A DNA stretch of 63,762 bases, filler included, from Octopus bimaculoides (GCF_001194135.2; 5 parts of 5 records of this genome joined end to end with filler, not necessarily neighbours in it); one strand, 5' to 3'. Numbered from the whole stretch's first letter, positions 24,701-37,793 are shown. Notes: generated by a model from the sequence alone, not told the origin. Numbers and translations are program-made.

Positions 24701-27083
24701 TAATCCAAAACGATTTTACTAAGAACTTGGCAAAAATAAATGCAGATCAATGCAGTACCAACAGCAGAAGAAGCGGAAGGATTTTGGAAAGAAGTATGGT
24801 CGACGAAGGAACAACCTCAGAATAGATCTATTAAAACAACAAACAGAGCACCTGAACAACTCTGGATACGGACACCTATAACAACGGAAGAGGACACCCA
24901 GACGCTGCAAAAACTAAGCAACTGGAAGGCATCCGGGCACGACAAGATCCCCAATTTCTGGCTAAAATATCTAACAGGAATATATACGACGCTAACGGAG
25001 AAATTCAATGAGATACTAGCAGAGCGAGAGACAACACCTGAATGGCTCACAGAAGGGAAAACATCCTAATTCCCAAATCGACTGGAACGACAAACCCACA
25101 AACCTACAGGCCCATAACATGTCGCCATACAATCTACAAAACCTTAAATGCAAGAATATCGCAGAGAATGGAAAAATATCTGGAAGAAAACAACTTGTTT
25201 CTAGAAGAGCAGAAGGGATGCTGCAAAGGTTCATATGGTTGTAAATATCAGTTATTGATCAATAAAGCCATAACTGAAGGCAGCCGAAAGAAAAAGAAGG
25301 GTCTAAGTATGGCTTGGATCGATTATCGAAAGGCTTTTGACAGTATTTCCCACACGTGGATCCTGGAAACACTAACCATGAGCAAAGTAATACCAATAAT
25401 AATAAGATATGCAAAACATTTCCAGACACTGCTGCAGCTCCAGCCAAAAGAGGGACTCATAAAAACAAAAGGCATCTCCATTAGAAGACGAATATTCCAA
25501 GGAGACTCACTCTCTCCACTCCTTTTCTGTTTGGCACTGGCGCCTCCAACTGACATGCTAAACAGAACTGGATGTAGGTACAATTACTATGGTAAAACAG
25601 TTAACCATCTTTTATGTATGGAAAATCAAAACTATATGCTGCAAATGATAAACAACTGGAGACATTACTACAGACAGAACATGAATTTACTAAAGAAATA
25701 AACATGAAATTTTGCTTCGAAAAATGTTCCAAAGTAACCTTGAAAAGTAGAAAACTAGTTAAGAGTAACAATGTCACACTAAATAATGCAAATGAAATAA
25801 GAAAATTAGTCCAAAGTCAGACATACAAATACTTACGTATCAATCAACTGAATATAGTACAACACACAAAGATGAAAAAGAAGATAAGGAAGGAATACTA
25901 TGGACGAGTTAGATTAATACTTAAGACAGAGTTCAATGCGAAAAACAAGATAATAGGTATCAACACTCTAGCTGTTATAGTTATAAGTTAGAGTCACAAT
26001 ATACTTAATTTGGCTCTAAATGAACTAACCAAACTAGACCGGAAAACAAGAAAAATAATGACAGAACTTTGGATGCACCACCCAAAATCTGACATAGAAA
26101 GGTTATATATTCAACGAATTGAAGGTGGTAGAGGCCTTATACAACTAGAAAACTATTATAAAACAAGTACCATAAGATGACAGAAATATCTAATTCATAA
26201 ACAAGGAAAACTGATACAAATAGCCACAAAACACAAACAAAACAAAAAACTGGGGTTTTTTATCTTTAAGGAAGCTGAAAAATACAAGAAAGGAGTCATA
26301 GTACCTGGTAACTATGAAGAAAAGGAGGAAACAACAAGAACCTGTAAACCAACTGAAATTCAAACTGGAACAGCAAAGTACCACAATAAAACGATAGCAA
26401 GAAAAGCCCTTACGTAGCACACACACTGGGATAAGCTAAACAGAAAAGAAATAGACAAAGTAAAATCCCAAGTTCTAGCTAAGAAGGAATATACTCACAG
26501 ACATGATAGTGGTGGAACCTATATACCCTGGAAGCTATGCCAACGCTATGGAATAACAACAGAAAATTGATGGTCAGGGTACACCACAGAAAAGGTCCCA
26601 GAAAATGAGAAAGCAACCATACTCTGGGACATACCAATACACACAGATAGAGATATCAAGGATAAAAAACCGATATAGTTGTCAGAGATCATGAAGAATA
26701 AAAATGCTTTCTAATTGATGAATCAATCCCAACAGATGACAATGTATTTTTAAAAGAAATGGATAAACTCTCAAACTACAAAGATCTGGAAATAGAGATA
26801 ACCCGAATGGGGAGCGTAAAAACAGAAACAATTCCTATAAAATAATAATAGGTGCATTAAGTATGATTAAAAAACATTCAGACAAATACATAACCAAAAC
26901 ACCAGGACTTATGAATGTATATGACATACAGAAAATAGAACTACTAGGCACCGGACACAACCTACGTGAAGCACTTTCAATACAGTGAAAATAACAGCAC
27001 CATATCTAAACAACAGCACATAGCCAAGGCACACAGAGCTGCGCTCGGTAGTGCAGTGAAATCACGTGATATAGATAAGATTA

Positions 27084-27087
<4 letters not shown>
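24701..27087 (+). mobile_element. R4/Dong-like RLE LINE family C, 5'-truncated and frameshifted
   Basis: ORFs 24740-25069, 25042-25701 and 25614-25991 with NWKASGHDKIPNFWLK, YRPITC, WIDYRKAFDS, IFQGDSLSP; RLE and LLGTGHNLREALSIQ* end; (AAT)n tail from 27088. Confidence 0.9.
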
Positions 27088-27148
<61 letters not shown>

Positions 27149-27674
27149 TAATAATGATAATAACAACAACAACATATAGTAGTCGTAGTTGTTGTTGTTG
27201 TAGTATCATTATGTGCCTGGATGACGTTTTATTTAATAAACAGATAAGGCGAGAATGGGAAAAGAAAGAGTTAAGTTAAATGAAAATAAAAAGCAACAAC
27301 AAAACCAACACCCACAGCAGCAAATCCAAAAATTGAAAATTAAACAAAAATAAATATATAACATAAACATCTACTACAACGTCAAGCCAACAACAACAAC
27401 GACTGTCATCATAGGCAACAACAACAACAAAACAAAAGACTGCAAACAGCAAATAGAATTAGGAAAACGATAGAACAGGTTGATATCGCGGCTATATTAG
27501 TTTCTATTCTTCTAACGTTCCTCATGAATTAAATATTTGACAGGCGTATATTCTTGTGAAAGACAGAGGTGCACCGCAAGGCAAGCGGCGTCATGGAAGC
27601 ATGACTTGCTTCTTGGCATTATATGCATTGCTGTGACACTCATGCAGCTACAAACAAAAAAAAATACATGGCAG

Positions 27675-27774
27675 NNNNNNNNNNNNNNNNNNNNNNNNNN
27701 NNNNNNNNNNNNNNNNNNTTAATTAATTAANNNNNNNNNNNNNNNNNNNNNNNNNNNNNNNNNNNNNNNNNNNN
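27675..27774. other. Artificial scaffold spacer
   Basis: 44N-TTAATTAATTAA-44N. Confidence 0.97.
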
Positions 27775-28489
27775 TATATATATATATATATATATATATG
27801 CATAAAAAATGTGTGTGCTTCTGTGTTTCTCTGAATATGTGTGTGTGTGTGAGTGTGAGTTCAGTTAAACACATATGTACCATTATGCAGACAGTGTTAC
27901 AGCCGTATAAAAATTTATGATTGAAAAACTGATCTTCTGTAATATATATATATTTTTTTAACATTCATTGCGACGGAGATGTTTTGATTGATTTATGTAT
28001 ATTGTTTACTTTCGCTATGTTTTATCAGACGATATATTATTACTTCACTTGTTAAAGAGATGTGGAATTATGCCAAGACTAAGTCATAATTTTAATAGCT
28101 ATGTTTATGATCTGATTAGGTGCCTTAGTTTATGGTAGATCAGCTTTAACTAATGAAATGTTATCTAAGACAATGGAATCAGTGCTGTAATATCATTGTT
28201 GTGCAAAGAACATATGGGGTTGTCTAGATGTATTTTCACCATTGAACAGATTGATATTTGAAAGCTTCTATATTGTTATATTAATGACGGAAATAGCAGC
28301 TCCTCTTCTCTAATTCATAATCTGTGTTCCTAAGTAAGGTAAACCTTTAGTCTTCTAAAGAGACGATATGCTTATAATTGGGATGATCGTGATTATGCCA
28401 TTTGCATTCACATGTAGGTACATAGCAGCAGCAATAACACCAATATCCATTGTATTGTTGTTGTTGATATTTATATTTAAATGAAGTAG

Positions 28490-28615
28490 TTGACCTCTTA
28501 GCATGCTGCGAAAATGGGTAGCATCATTTCGCCTCTCCTTATGTTTTGAGTTCAAATTCCGCCGTGGAAACTTTGTTTTCATCCTTCAAGGGTCGATAAA
28601 CAAGTACCAGTCAAG
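28490..28615 (+). mobile_element. Degenerate SINE family 2
   Basis: gagttcaaattccgccgtggaaactttg...gggtcgataaacaagtaccagt. Confidence 0.7.
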
Positions 28616-29043
28616 CACCTCTTCTAAAATTGTTGGCTTTGAGCCAAAATTGGAAATCAACATGTGTATCTTAAATTCCTTACTCCACTACAGTTGAGAA
28701 AATGTCATAATAATTTTCAAGTGTTTCTAACCCAGTAATACCATTTTTGCACGGGCCTGGAATCCGGCAGTACATGAGAAACCGATTTTTTTTTCCTAAA
28801 GACAGAAGTCGGGAATTTGATAAGAACTGTGTCTGCTATTTAGAAGAGCGTGATTAATAACTTATAGATTCAAAGAAGCGTGTAATAATGACAGTTTTCA
28901 TGCTGTTATCATTTCAAGTTTATATTTTGTCCTCCTAGTAGAGGTAAGACAAAGGTGCCACATATGTGCCAAAGTCTATCTCCTTGAAAATACGCCTCTT
29001 TTAAATTTGGTTCCCTTGGTTTTTGCATAAAAATCTCTTTTAG

Positions 29044-29151
29044 AATCGTTGATCTCGTTAGACAGTGAAATGGAATGGCATTCGATTTGTTACAATACTA
29101 TTAATACAATTACCAGCATCGCCAATTTTGTCTTTCAGTCTTCCAGTTATG
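29044..29151 (+). CDS. Candidate internal coding exon, unknown protein
   Basis: ctcttttag acceptor, G|GTAAGT donor, 108 nt, open phase 1-1 frame (E)SLISLDSEMEWHSICYNTINTITSIANFVFQSSSY. Confidence 0.35.
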
Positions 29152-29666
29152 GTAAGTCAAATAATAGAGTTGACCTAATAGGATTACCAATGATCCAAAT
29201 ATAATTGTATGTCTCTCTTAATAAGTGATGTTATCGTTCATTTCTAAAATTATCATATCTATTAAGAAGGCTGTGAAACACTAGCTTCATTAGAATACGT
29301 ATCAATGTAACTTAGACTATTTTTCAATTACACTGTTTTCTATTATGATTTCGATTTACCACCTTTGAAATGTTTGCTATTTTAATATCACGGATTAATA
29401 ATGTAGCTATTGACATATCCTGAATTTGTTATAAAAAATACGTCCTAATCGAGGTTAGTGTCTATGTTAGAACGCATCTTTTGAGTGGAGAAACATATTT
29501 TATCGTAGAAATTAGAAGGCTATTCTTTAAGAAAACCTGCCATTTTTAATTACTTGTCTAACATTTTCATTTAGATTTCTACCGATATTCATTTACCTGT
29601 CGTACCTTGTATCATTTAACAGAAAATTAAACATGGTAATGAAAGTTGAAACTATTTAATGTACAG

Positions 29667-29801
29667 AGTATTTTCTACATTTATCTGTAAATCTGAGGAA
29701 AATAAAGAACTATTCACCACAGAACAAAATAAAATTTTAAAATTCATGTATGCTACTTCAAAACTGATGCATAAAATAAGTGATCATGCTGAGAAATACA
29801 G
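29667..29801 (+). CDS. Candidate internal coding exon, unknown protein
   Basis: tgtacag acceptor, CAG|GTGTGT donor, 135 nt open VFSTFICKSEENKELFTTEQNKILKFMYATSKLMHKISDHAEKY; phase 2-2 does not join the neighbouring candidates directly. Confidence 0.25.
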
Positions 29802-30074
29802 GTGTGTAAATTACCTAGTGTATCAACTGATTGATTATTTTCGGGCGTTTATTTCCATCGTACTATGTTATGTTAAATTGATGCAAGTTTCAAGATGCAA
29901 TTAGTCACATAGTTAATATCAGATTTCTCACACACAATTGTAGAACATTTAAAGTCCTTTTGCTTAATACTTGAATGACTGTCAAGCATTGTTAAATATT
30001 TTTATTCAATCATTAGGCGAGTAGTCTCTGAAGAAATGATAAATATAAGGAAATGATATTTAAAATAGTTTCAG

Positions 30075-30149
30075 CTGTGCATTTCATTTTCCTAAAATTA
30101 TCCTACACATTATTGTCAATAACTTTAACAATTAAATTTTGCCGGGCAA
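30075..30149 (+). CDS. Candidate internal coding exon (hydrophobic)
   Basis: tttcag acceptor, CAA|GTAAGT donor, 75 nt phase 1-1 VHFIFLKLSYTLLSITLTIKFCRA. Confidence 0.25.
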
Positions 30150-30239
30150 GTAAGTACAATATCAACCCGATAATTTTCTCTTAAATATTTATAACTATCG
30201 AAATCCTATGTGGCGGAGTACAAAAATATTACAGACACC

Positions 30240-30388
30240 AGGCACAGCCGTTGTTGTGATTTAAGGAGCTTGCTTCCAAACCACATGATTCCGGGTTCAC
30301 TCCCATTGCGTGAAACGTTGGCTAAGTGACTTCTACTATAGGGCCGACGAAGGACTTGTAAGTGGATTTGGTTGATGGAAACTGAAAG
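30240..30388 (+). mobile_element. SINE family 1 head
   Basis: Homologous to 1131-1286; followed by (TA)n and a gap. Confidence 0.75.
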
Positions 30389-31132
30389 ATATATATATAT
30401 ATATATACATGTATACATATATATNNNNNNNNNNNNNNNNNNNNNNNNNNNNNNNNNNNNNNNNNNNNNNNNNNNNNNNNNNNNNNNNNNNNNNNNNNNN
30501 NNNNNNNNNNNNNNNNNNNNNNNNNNNNNNNNNNNNNNNNNNNNNNNNNNNNNNNNNNNNNNNNNNNNNNNNNNNNNNNNNNNNNNNNNNNNNNNNNNNN
30601 NNNNNNNNNNNNNNNNNNNNNNNNNNNNNNNNNNNNNNNNNNNNNNNNNNNNNNNNNNNNNNNNNNNNNNNNNNNNNNNNNNNNNNNNNNNNNNNNNNNN
30701 NNNNNNNNNNNNNNNNNNNNNNNNNNNNNNNNNNNNNNNNNNNNNNNNNNNNNNNNNNNNNNNNNNNNNNNNNNNNNNNNNNNNNNNNNNNNNNNNNNNN
30801 NNNNNNNNNNNNNNNNNNNNNNNNNNNNNNNNNNNNNNNNNNNNNNNNNNNNNNNNNNNNNNNNNNNNNNNNNNNNNNNNNNNNNNNNNNNNNNNNNNNN
30901 NNNNNNNNNNNNNNNNNNNNNNNNNNNNNNNNNNNNNNNNNNNNNNNNNNNNNNNNNNNNNNNNNNNNNNNNNNNNNNNNNNNNNNNNNNNNNNNNNNNN
31001 NNNNNNNNNNNNNNNNNNNNNNNNNNNNNNNNNNNNNNNNNNNNNNNNNNNNNNNNNNNNNNNNNNNNNNNNNNNNNNNNNNNNNNNNNNNNNNNNNNNN
31101 NNNNNNNNNNNNNNNNNNNNNNNNNNNNNNNN

Positions 31133-31171
<39 letters not shown>

Positions 31172-32402
31172 GTATATGTGTGTGTGTGTGTGTTTGTGTG
31201 TGTGTTTGTGTATGTGTGTGTGTGTATGTGTGTGTGTGTGTATTTGTGTGTGTGTATGTAGAAATATATAGATGAGAAAAAATAAGTTCAAAAAGTACAA
31301 TTTAAACTTTATGAAGGATCCAAAAAGTGAGAAATAATAATTTCCAATAATACGTTCATCATATTCATAAAAATCAGCTTGAGCAAGTATTAAGAATATG
31401 AAAATAACAATTGAAAAAAATTCGTTAAAGGTATAAACATACCATATACAAGTATAAAAATGGATAAAATATGTTAAAATCAAAATTGAATTTAATACAA
31501 AATTGAATTTAATACAAAATTGAATTCAATACATACGCACGTTTCAAAAAAACAATACCAATATTTAAAACCAATGATGGCATTTGAGAACATTCCTTGA
31601 AACTATTCAAAACATTCTGTGTCTTTGACCTCTGAAACACTTAACTAATCCAAGATTGGACACACTCTGCATACATCCTGTAAGAGTTCAAAATTTATTC
31701 TATATCAGCAATGGTGATAGGGATCCAAATTTGTGACAGGTTTTTCGAAAATGATCGAACAAGCTTGCATACTGGTTTACAAGTAGCTAAGTGCTTAACT
31801 TTGTGATCTACAATGGTACAGGTATTTCCTGTAATATTTTCTCCCAACGAATATTTCATGTGAATTAAAAGGCTTTTCAAATATAGTAGAAATCAAGATA
31901 CTGAAAAGAACACTTGCTTATACAAATCCATATATCACACCGTGTTTGACATTGGTCTATGAATAACACCATCGCTTCCATCACTTACCAGGATAGTAGC
32001 ATGTAATTGTCACACCACGATACATGAACAAACGTAGGCGGTGAAACGCATTTGTTAAATGTTCTCCCCGTGCTCAACATTAGTTGTCAAATGGATTGGA
32101 GAGATGAACAAAAGGTTTCATATAGAGTTCTGCTGCATTTGTTTCACAGAAAGATTTTATCAATAGTACCACTTTCGCGATGAGAGCTGTATTAGCTTCT
32201 TGGCAGATGATTGTAGCAAAATGGCAAATGAGGCGTTTCAGGAAGTATTCTTGCCAAGATGTTGCGAGCAATTCGCAAATGGTTAATACCTCCAAGATTT
32301 CAGCATGCATGATTTACATGCATGCAAAACAGCACGCTCGCAAACACGCACACACACACGCATGCACCCACATATCCACACCAAACACACACATGGAAAT
32401 AA

Positions 32403-32485
<83 letters not shown>

Positions 32486-32486
32486 T

Positions 32487-32534
<48 letters not shown>

Positions 32535-33608
32535 ATAGATAGACCTACTTAGTCACACCTATACCTGTCTATAGAAAATCTTGTGTTTGTCTATCTGTTT
32601 TTCTCTTTCTCGGTCTGTATGTGTATGCAAGTTCTCAGTCTACCTGTCTGCTTGTATGTTCACTTACATAAATATATGCATCCACNNNNNNNNNNNNNNN
32701 NNNNNNNNNNNNNNNNNNNNNNNNNNNNNNNNNNNNNNNNNNNNNNNNNNNNNNNNNNNNNNNNNNNNNNNNNNNNNNNNNNNNNNNNNNNNNNNNNNNN
32801 NNNNNNNNNNNNNNNNNNNNNNNNNNNNNNNNNNNNNNNNNNNNNNNNNNNNNNNNNNNNNNNNNNNNNNNNNNNNNNNNNNNNNNNNNNNNNNNNNNNN
32901 NNNNNNNNNNNNNNNNNNNNNNNNNNNNNNNNNNNNNNNNNNNNNNNNNNNNNNNNNNNNNNNNNNNNNNNNNNNNNNNNNNNNNNNNNNNNNNNNNNNN
33001 NNNNNNNNNNNNNNNNNNNNNNNNNNNNNNNNNNNNNNNNNNNNNNNNNNNNNNNNNNNNNNNNNNNNNNNNNNNNNNNNNNNNNNNNNNNNNNNNNNNN
33101 NNNNNNNNNNNNNNNNNNNNNNNNNNNNNNNNNNNNNNNNNNNNNNNNNNNNNNNNNNNNNNNNNNNNNNNNNNNNNNNNNNNNNNNNNNNNNNNNNNNN
33201 NNNNNNNNNNNNNNNNNNNNNNNNNNNNNNNNNNNNNNNNNNNNNNNNNNNNNNNNNNNNNNNNNNNNNNNNNNNNNNNNNNNNNNNNNNNNNNNNNNNN
33301 NNNNNNNNNNNNNNNNNNNNNNNNNNNNNNNNNNNNNNNNNNNNNNNNNNNNNNNNNNNNNNNNNNNNNNNNNNNNNNNNNNNNNNNNNNNNNNNNNNNN
33401 NNNNNNNNNNNNNNNNNNNNNNNNNNNNNNNNNNNNNNNNNNNNNNNNNNNNNNNNNNNNNNNNNNNNNNNNNNNNNNNNNNNNNNNNNNNNNNNNNNNN
33501 NNNNNNNNNNNNNNNNNNNNNNNNNNNNNNNNNNNNNNNNNNNNNNNATATAAATGGATAGGGGAATAGATAGATAGATCGATAGATAGATAGATAGATC
33601 GATCGATC

Positions 33609-33657
<49 letters not shown>

Positions 33658-33905
33658 GCAGAGAGACAAAGAGACAGACAGGGAGATAGAGAATGAGAGA
33701 ATGTGAAGGAGAGAGAAAGAGATATATAGAAGTAGGGAGTAAAACAAGAGTGCAACGCAAACATTTGTGAGGAATAAGTGTTATTTTGCTTTGAGGAAAT
33801 GAATGTAAACAAATGATATATAAGTCCACGTATTTGTGTGTGTGTGTGCTTCTGTGCTTCTGTGCTTCTGTGCTTGTGTTTGTGTGTGATTGTGTGTGTG
33901 GGGGG

Positions 33906-34005
33906 NNNNNNNNNNNNNNNNNNNNNNNNNNNNNNNNNNNNNNNNNNNNTTAATTAATTAANNNNNNNNNNNNNNNNNNNNNNNNNNNNNNNNNNNNNNN
34001 NNNNN
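33906..34005. other. Artificial scaffold spacer
   Basis: 44N-TTAATTAATTAA-44N. Confidence 0.97.
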
Positions 34006-34400
34006 TATTAAGTGTACGTAAATTTCATCCGTCTAATTGGTTATACAAATGCTTGTGCAAAACAACTTTTTGCGCTGCCTTGATTATACATAGCAGGGTA
34101 ATTCCTTTTAGCAGGAGCTAGGACGGCAATTTCTGATGAAGCAATTGCTGGCAATCTGTTGCTACACAGTTCTGCCAGAATTCTATCAGATTGGGCAGTA
34201 GATGTTGATGCACCATTTTGCATTATGTTCAAAGTAGCTTCTGGAATGTGGTGAATTGCTGCAGTCTGTTGCTGTCTTTTTAAACCGGTTGCTTTCTTTC
34301 CCCAGCAAGCTCTCTTGCTTGGAGGCATAATCTATGTACATATTAAACAGAACAACAAAAGTTATAACAGATGGCAGGGTCGGTAGTTTTCACATTTCTG

Positions 34401-34560
34401 TAATTTTTCAGATTAACACTCACACGATTACGTAACCTTAACCCTAAAACTGTAACACTAACCCTCATCGTAACCGTAACCCTAAAACCCCAACCCTGAC
34501 CCAAAAGCCATAACCCTAACACCCTAGTGAAAATCATGCGGGTATTAATCTGAAAAATTA
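34401..34560. repeat. Degenerate (CCCTAA)-like tract enclosed by an inverted repeat
   Basis: taatttttcagattaa (34401-34416) / ttaatctgaaaaatta (34545-34560), extending imperfectly inward around taaccc repeats. Confidence 0.75.
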
Positions 34561-35077
34561 TCCACATTTGTAATGAAGTTCACTGATTTGCAATGTGTTG
34601 TCCATAAGCTCCGTAATTTGTATATTACAAAACATTGACGAACATGAGTTATCTTGTAGTGAATGCTTGTGTGTACATGCACGTGTATGCGTTTGAGAGA
34701 GCGAGAGAGAAGAGAGAGAGAGGAAAAGAGAGAGAGGAGGAAAAGGAATAGACAACGGGAGCAATGAAGAAAGAGAAAGAGAGGAAGGGAGAACGGAAGA
34801 TAGTTATAAAATAGCAATGCGTGCGCAAGTTTATATAAGAAACACACAGAAACTAAATCATATATCTATAATGTTGATGTGTGTATGTGTTTATGTGTAT
34901 GTTGTTGTCACAGATCACATATGTGTGGTTGTTTTTACGTTTCTATGTTATAAAAAATATGTTAGAGGTGGAGGGATAGAAGAAAGCTATTGGGAGAGAG
35001 GAAGAAGAACGAAGAGTGAAAAGGTAGAAGGAAAGAATAGTCTTAAAGCAAGTTAATCTATGACTTTGTCTGTATCA

Positions 35078-35108
<31 letters not shown>

Positions 35109-35732
35109 CCACTTTTACTCTTACTCTGTATATTATATGTTGAGCGCATGATCGATGTGTAAGAACGCTGGTACAGGTAGAAGGGAAGAAATATAAAAGT
35201 TGCTAGAAACAACAGCCAAATCTCCCTTAAATCACACAAAGTAAACGGAATTTTAAAAATGTAATTACTGCACTGGAAAGTTCACATCGAGAAAATTCCA
35301 TTGATATAAAAATTTGTACGAAAAAGTGGAAAATGTGAATTTCTATAAACTTTTAAAAAGGCTTCACACAGATACACAACTTCAGCATTANNNNNNNNNN
35401 NNNNNNNNNNNNNNNNNNNNNNNNNNNNNNNNNNNNNNNNNNNNNNNNNNNNNNNNNNNNNNNNNNNNNNNNNNNNNNNNNNNNNNNNNNNNNNNNNNNN
35501 NNNNNNNNNNNNNNNNNNNNNNNNNNNNNNNNNNNNNNNNNNNNNNNNNNNNNNNNNNNNNNNNNNNNNNNNNNNNNNNNNNNNNNNNNNNNNNNNNNNN
35601 NNNNNNNNNNNNNNNNNNNNNNNNNNNNNNNNNNNNNNNNNNNNNNNNNNNNNNNNNNNNNNNNNNNNNNNNNNNNNNNNNNNNNNNNNNNNNNNNNNNN
35701 NNNNNNNNNNNNNNNNNNNNNNNNNNNNNNNN

Positions 35733-37320
35733 AAAGTCCTTACACATGCCGCGGGCATAAGTGCCAGAAAGGCGATGCTGGGCACAGGTGCCATCACAAT
35801 TTCGCTTTCGCTTGCCCCAATAAGTCTTTGCAAGCTGAGTTTCGTGTCCCAATGAAGGAGACGACGTTGGCATGGGTGCTAGTTGTTGAATTTAACTCGA
35901 TTTCAATTTCACTTGCCTCAACAGGTCTTCGCAAGTGGAGTTTGGTGTCCAGTGAAGGAAGGTACGCATAAGTGGGCTGGCTAAGGCCTTAGATTTAGGT
36001 CCCACTTGGCTTGCCGGGTCTTCTCACGCACAGCATATTTCCAAAGGTCTCGGTCAGAAGTCATCGCCTCAGTGAGGTCCAATGTTCAAAGGTCATGCCT
36101 CACCACCTCATCCCAGGTCTTCCTGGNNNNNNNNNNCCTCAGTGAGGTCCAATGTTCAAAGGTCATGCCTCACCACCTCATCCCAGGTCTTCCTGGGCCT
36201 ACCTCTTCCACAGGTTCCCTCAACTGCTAGGGTGTGGCACTTTTTCACACAGCTATCCTCCAAGCTGGTCATCTCCTGGGCAAGCACTTGGCCCTAATCC
36301 TGAAGTCACTAACTACTAGTCTATGTTGTGGAGTGCATTCTTCGCCAGGGAAGGTTTTGGCATTTATAAGCAGCCATCTTTCCCTTTTTCTGGTGAGGAT
36401 GTAGTCAATTTGGCTAGAGTGTCTGCCAGAACGGTAGGTGACTAGGTGACTGGCAGGTTTCCTGAAGTTAGTATTGCAAACAATAAGGTCATTTGCGTCA
36501 CAGAACTGCAGCAGCCTGGTTCTCTCCTCATTGCGGGAAACAAAACCATAGCCTCCATGTACGCCATAGAAGCCCCCTGAATGTTGTCCAACATGACCAT
36601 TGAAATCACCAGCCACAAAGAGAAGGTCCCTGTTATATGTTGACGAGAAATCTGCAGGAGGGTGTCATAAAAGTGGTCTTTCTGTCCGTCAGGTAGCCTG
36701 GGCTGAGGGGCATAGGCCGAGATAATGGTTGCTAACCCATGGTGAAGGACTAATCTAACCTTAAGTATTCTCTCGGATATTCTATCTACCTCGGTTACCT
36801 TATCAACCCATTTCTCTGCAAGAAGTATACCCACGCCCCCGACCCCATCTGAGTTCCCTGCCCAGAAAATCTTGTACCTGTGTTCTTTGCCTGTGAGGAA
36901 CCTAGCGGAACCTCCTCTCCACCTTATTTCTTGGAGGCAGCAGATATCGACACGTCTCCGTTCAAGCATCTCAACAATATCACCAGACCTACCTTTCAGT
37001 GTGCCAACATTGAGAGTGTCAACCCTGAGGGTGTGGGAGGTATGATCCCGTAGGACCCTGGGGCAGGGAACAGCCGCATCATGTACCTGAAAAGAGAGCT
37101 TGCATTTTGCAGAATTCATAAACAATCAATAGCATTCATTTCAGCCTGCATCCGCTACACAATATGATCACAACCTTACATAGGAGATAACCTGAATGCT
37201 GGCTAGGCTGGGTGGAGGAGTTTGTTTCCCCCTCGCAAACATAAGGACACAGTAATTGTGTCAAGGCCGACAGGAAGCGGTCCAGCTTCCTAGGGCTAAA
37301 CAGCAGTAGTATATTCCCTT
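35733..37320 (-). mobile_element. RTE-clade LINE with a large internal deletion (APE joined to the ORF end)
   Basis: APE TLNVGTLKGRSG...DICCLQEIRW, AYAPQ, GDFNGH, IDYIL; joined near 36255 to the C-terminal GRPRKTWDEVV region; same family as 41200-44880. Confidence 0.88.
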
Positions 37321-37793
37321 ATTGGGATTGTCACATTAAGTTGACAATATACAACAACTTTATCACATCACTACTGCTTAAATCGCTCTGAGAGATTTAG
37401 AAATATGATATTTCTAATTTTGGAAACCAGTGAATATATTTCACTGTGATTATATATGTTGTGAGAGCTTGACAGACTTCTTCAACCAGCTGCTCATTTG
37501 CTGATGTCATTATTGTTGCTACCCGTATTAATGTGAGTTCGCTTTTTGGATACCTATTGTTAACATTTTTGTTGGATTATTCATCAGGATTGTTTTTGAA
37601 CTGTTTTAAAGTCATTTTCGCCCTACGGGGCAGAAAATTTCTGATTTCTGAACTGTTTTACAGTAGTTTTCGCCCTNNNNNNNNNNNNNNNNNNNNNNNN
37701 NNNNNNNNNNNNNNNNNNNNNNNNNNNNNNNNNNNNNNNNNNNNNNNNNNNNNNNNNNNNNNNNNNNNNNNNNNNNTTGTATTGAATTTTTGT

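Noticed and set aside
27537-27674. Hydrophobic ORF LLLGIICIAVTL at the scaffold end
   Set aside because: No donor or context; cannot be supported.
31481-31532. 17-bp tandem triplet caaaattgaatttaata
   Set aside because: Ordinary AT-rich slippage repeat.
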